64,000 bases of DNA, taken from NCBI GenBank assembly GCA_964187785.1, contig OZ076416.1, positions 27,590,001 to 27,654,000 on the forward strand, given 5' to 3'. This DNA comes from Amphiscolops sp. MND2022. Its lineage: Eukaryota. A model generated the notes under the pieces. The model saw nothing but the letters and a program-made list of their open reading frames with translations. It searched no databases and had not been told where the DNA came from. The position numbers were made by a program, and so were the translations under genes. Position 1 is the first letter of the stretch. Every line of letters begins with the position of its first letter. Shown here in pieces: positions 59,906-64,000 of the stretch.

Positions 59906-61850
59906 TTGAGTGTCAGCGCCCCTTCAGTATTGGTGGAAATTCAGCTAGCTGGAGGGGGAATCGTTGCGTTAGTGGACACTGGAGCATGTGTCAACGTCAT
60001 CAGTGGAAAACTATTGGACCAACTGGGGTTCAGACCGAAACCAGAACTCTACCAAGGGAAAGCACGCACAGTGGATAACTCGCCGCTGGCAATCGAAGGA
60101 ATGGTGAAATTGAGAACAAAAGTTGGCAACGTGGACACGACAGTGGAGTACCTGGTGGCAGAAGCAAACGAAGTACCTCTCATTCTGGGCCTGGGTTTCA
60201 TGACTACTCACAACTGCTCGGTGGATCTTCATTCACACCAATTCTGGACGGGAACAGAGTCAAGTGCGCCTCCGTTGAAGTGGAAAGGCAGCTGGCACAT
60301 GGATACTTTGACAGTGGCAAAAACAGAAGTGGACTGGAATTCAGTGAGCTTGAAGCACAAAACGGACGTGGGACCAGACGGGGCTGAGAAACGCTCAACC
60401 AAGGAAGACGACGTGTCAGCCACGCAAAAGCAGTCGGAAAAACCAGACGACACCACTCACATAGTGAAGCTAACGTCGGGTAACATTGCGGGTTCAGCGA
60501 AAGACAACCTCGAAGACATCGTTCGAGAGTTCAGAGATGTCCTTGCAGTTAGGGACAGTGAACTTGGGGCGACGAATCAAGTGTACCATCACATAAACAC
60601 AGGGGACAGTCGGCCCATCAAACTACTACCACATAGAGTAGCACCGGGCAAACTCCCAGACGTGAAGGCAGAAGTGCAGGACATGCTTCAGCGAGGGATA
60701 ATCCAACCATCCAACAGTCCGTACAGTTCCCCAATTGCTATGGTGCGAAAAAAGACGTGTCAAACAGATTCTGCGTGTTCTACCGCCGACTCAATGAAGT
60801 TACACGGAAGGATGCACATCCAATACTGAACATCGACCAGACGCAGGGCGCCTTGAAAGATTCCAAGTGGTTCTCGAGTCTGGACTTGGCAAGCGGCTAC
60901 TGGCAAGTGGAGGTGGCCCCAGAAGACAGACACAGGAAAGCCTTCGTAACGTCGGATGGAGTGCTATACGAATACAAACGCATGCCTTTTGGCTCCAGCA
61001 ATGCACATTCCAGCGACTAATGAACGAATTGTTTAAAGCAGAGCTTCATAAATATGTTCTGATACTTATAGACGACATCCTCATTTACAATCCCAATCTG
61101 GAGGAACACGCTGACCACTTTCGACGAGTCATGCTAACGCTGAGGGCAGCCAACTTGAAACTCAAGCAAAAGAAGTGAAAGTTTTTCCAACCTCAAGTGG
61201 AATACCTTGGGCACACAATCGATGAAAATGGTAGCCGACTAGACAATAAGATAGAACCCGTCCATAAGTGGCCACGACCAACTACCGTCACAACTACCGG
61301 GGTGAAATCGTTCTTGGGATTTTGCAATTACTACAGGAAATTTTTTGAAGACTTCGCACAGAAAGTTGAACCACTAAGCAACTTGACAAAGAAGTACCAG
61401 CATTTTTCTCGGGACACAAAATGTGAGACAGCCTTTCAAACGCTCGAAGATGCACTGACCAACGCGCTTTTTCTCGCTCATCCCGATTACAGTATCCCCT
61501 TCATTGTGGACACAGAGGCAAGCAACACGCAGTTGGGGGCTGTTTTGTCCAACGTCGTCGATGGTGTGGAAAGACCACTAGTATACGCCAGACGCGTTCT
61601 TAGTAAACCTGAATGTCAGTATGCCACTACAAACGGTGAAGCTCTAGCCATAGTGCAGGCAGTAAAATAGTTTAAACCATACATTCGGGGACTCAAATTC
61701 ATCATTCGCACCGACCACGCTAGTTTAAAATGATTTTTTAGGCAAAACGCTGACGGAATAACTTTTAGAATGCTACAGTAGTTCGATTAACAGTTTGTGC
61801 ATCGAGCAGGAGACAAGCACGGAAATGCAGATGGACTCTCGAGGCAGATC
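59906..61850 (+). pseudogene. Gypsy protease, RT and RNase H relic
   Basis: VALVDTGAC; SPYSSPIAMVRKK; FSSLDLASGYWQV; MPFG; LIDDIL; FIVDTEAS; QYATTNGEALAIV; IRTDHASL; HGNADGLSR. Confidence 0.95.
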
Positions 61851-62289
61851 TCAGATGAACAACCCCCGGGGTGGCTAGACGGAGAACTCGTGCAACCTGA
61901 ACGGGAACCCTGCAGTATGAAGGAAGCTATTCAGCGTGTGAAGCAAAGCCTGATTCGGCAGGTCTCAACGGATCCAGTGAGTACTCGAGAAGGCGAAGCC
62001 AACAGAAGTTCGTCGCTCAGAGACAAACAATAGAAGGACTCGACCTTGGCTGTGTTCAGTCAATGGACAGGAGCAGAAGACGATCCGAACCAAGCAGCAC
62101 TCCTCGCAATGCAAATCATGATGGAAGAAGCCAGCAAGCATGGGACAGAGATGCTTAGATTTGGTCCTCCTGGGATCGATTCGCATACAAAGACAGGGTC
62201 TTGCATTACAGATGACAGACTGCAGGAAACGAAGCCCACATGCTTGTACCAGTGATCCTCTGGGGTTTGCGAGCAGATGCTTTGCAAGA

Positions 62290-63310
62290 ACTACACGACA
62301 GCCGAGTGAGTGGAGGGCATATGGCAGTGGAGAAACATTGGATCGAATACGTCAACGGTTCTGGTGGCCTGGAATGAGACAAGACGTGGAAAGGTACATC
62401 GAAGTTTGCACACCCTGTGCGGCACGCAGAACACAAGGTAAAAACTAGTTGAAGCCGTTCATAAAGGGCACCAGGTTTCACAAGGTAGCGGCCGACATCC
62501 TCGGGCCTGTGACGCTGACGACGGACACCTCATTCAAACACATCTTGGTGATGACCGACCTCCTTAAAAAGTATGTGGTGAAGGTCCCCCTGGCTAACCA
62601 AGCGGCGTCGTCGGTGGCTGAGGCAATAATACAGAATTGGTTCTTACGTTTCGGCATGCCGGACAGCCTACACATAGATCAAGGATTGAACTTTAGCAGT
62701 CAACTTCAGAAGGACGGGTGAACTTTGCTGGGGGTTGAAAAGACGAGGACATCAGCATTCCACCCGCAAGGAAATGGACAGGTAGAGAGACACAACCAGG
62801 TAGTAGCTGACATGCTGGCAAAGTACTGCACCAATAACCCAAAATCTGGGACCGGTTTGTACCCTATATCACATTTTCGTCTTCAATATGACTGTGCACC
62901 AGACGACTGGAGCAACGCCCTTCAGTCTGGTCTACAGCGCTGAATATCAATACCCAAAAGACCTCTTCTATCCTCGGCAACCGGGTGCGGAGAGTTTGGA
63001 CGATAATTTTGTGGACAACCTCGGGCAGGTGTTCAAAGAAGCTCATCAGCAGACGAGGGTTACACTGGGAACCAATTAACGACGTGTAAAGGACCCTTAT
63101 CACAAAAAAGCATGGGGATCCGTACTGCGAAGAGATGTGAGTGTGAATGTTCTGTAAGCACAAGGCCATCTCGAAGAATTTCAATCTTACATGGGAGGGG
63201 CCCTATTTAGTACTGGAATGAGTCTCCGATGTTACGTATAAATTAGCGAAGGAACCCGTGAAAGAACGCCGATGGCAAATTGTGCATTAGAACCGACTGA
63301 AGCCTTACAC
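62290..63310 (+). pseudogene. Gypsy integrase relic
   Basis: RFWWPGMRQDVERYIEVCTPC; VAADILGP; LHIDQGLNF; FHPQGNGQVERHN; WEGPYLV. Confidence 0.95.
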
Positions 63311-63499
63311 AACGGTGGCCGAAAGACCACGACGAGGGGTCAATCAATCAAAGCAGACAGTTTACGAAGAAAATACGGGTTCAGAGGCGACGGAAAGTGA
63401 AGAAGACACCAAGCGTGAGACTGGGGACCCACGGAGCACCTCAACCGGAAAACAGACATCGAAGGAAGACCACAAATCCAATCCTCTGTAAAGAAGTTA

Positions 63500-64000
63500 T
63501 GTTTAGAACTCTTTGCTAACACCTTTGGTAGCCTCTGTTTAGGTGATTCAATAACCAAGCGACTGCGAGCGCATGAAGTAGCTGATGACTGCGTAATTAG
63601 GGGTTTCAGTGGCATCAAGATAGACGAACTACGGCGGCGACTCAAGAAGTCAGACGCAACGAGCATACAAGTGGTGGCGCTGTGCATTGGAACAAACGAC
63701 ATATTCTCTGGTTCAGCAACCCCGAAGTCCATGTGGCGATCGTAAGAAGAACTGCTGGATGACCTGGTGCTCAAGTTCCAGCTATCAAAGCTCGTGGTCT
63801 GTACTCTGCCTCCCCTAGAAAGATCACTTGCTCACCACGACGACCTGGTGACAAAATTCAACAACTGTTTGAAAAAGCGGTTGGAGGCGTGGAGACAAAA
63901 GGCAGTCTCAACGCAGATAGGAGTTATCGACGATTACAAGCAATTCGAAGGAAAAAACTTGATTTCCCGGATGGCATTCATCCCATTAAACGGGGGCAGA
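63500..64000 (+). pseudogene. SGNH/GDSL hydrolase (esterase) relic downstream of the integrase
   Basis: All four blocks are present: CLGDSIT (63542), RGFSG, CIGTND, and DGIHP after a 1-nt frameshift near 63970. One in-frame stop. Confidence 0.88.

Larger units (their letters stand above)
57400..64000 (+). mobile_element. Degenerate Ty3/Gypsy element with macrodomain and SGNH accessory domains (runs off the window)
   Basis: Putative LTR ending ...TTTTACA at 58223, PBS TGGCGC at 58225, then gag, CCHC, macrodomain, PR, RT, RH, IN and SGNH. The LTR left boundary is uncertain. Confidence 0.92.

Overview
AT-rich eukaryotic (animal, probably marine invertebrate; that assignment is inference) DNA that is almost entirely decayed mobile elements and pseudogenes. 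I found no intact host gene, no CRISPR array and no functional RNA gene. All protein calls come from my own manual translation and motif recall, not from database searches. From left to right the window holds: a CR1/L2-type LINE 5' fragment; a minus-strand Ty3/Gypsy element; a Mutator-type MITE with a 9-bp TSD; a possible class C GPCR relic; tRNA-derived sequences; a 105-bp 28S rRNA fragment starting at the R2 insertion site; a ~470-bp near-perfect palindrome of two outward-facing tRNA-like heads, duplicated in a 1204-bp tandem repeat; decayed FN3-repeat-like coding relics; an internally deleted hAT transposon; a Gypsy integrase followed by a chuvirus-like (class III fusion) env relic; a Maverick/Polinton (pPolB, major and minor capsid, integrase, ATPase) split by a full-length BEL/Pao element; and a plus-strand Gypsy element. 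That last element carries two unusual accessory domains, a TARG1/OARD1-like macrodomain before the protease and an SGNH hydrolase after the integrase. The best novelty candidates are the env-bearing Gypsy, the macrodomain plus SGNH Gypsy, the tRNA-like palindrome and the R2-site 28S fragment. Two N gaps lie at ~29813-29944 and 42380-42510.
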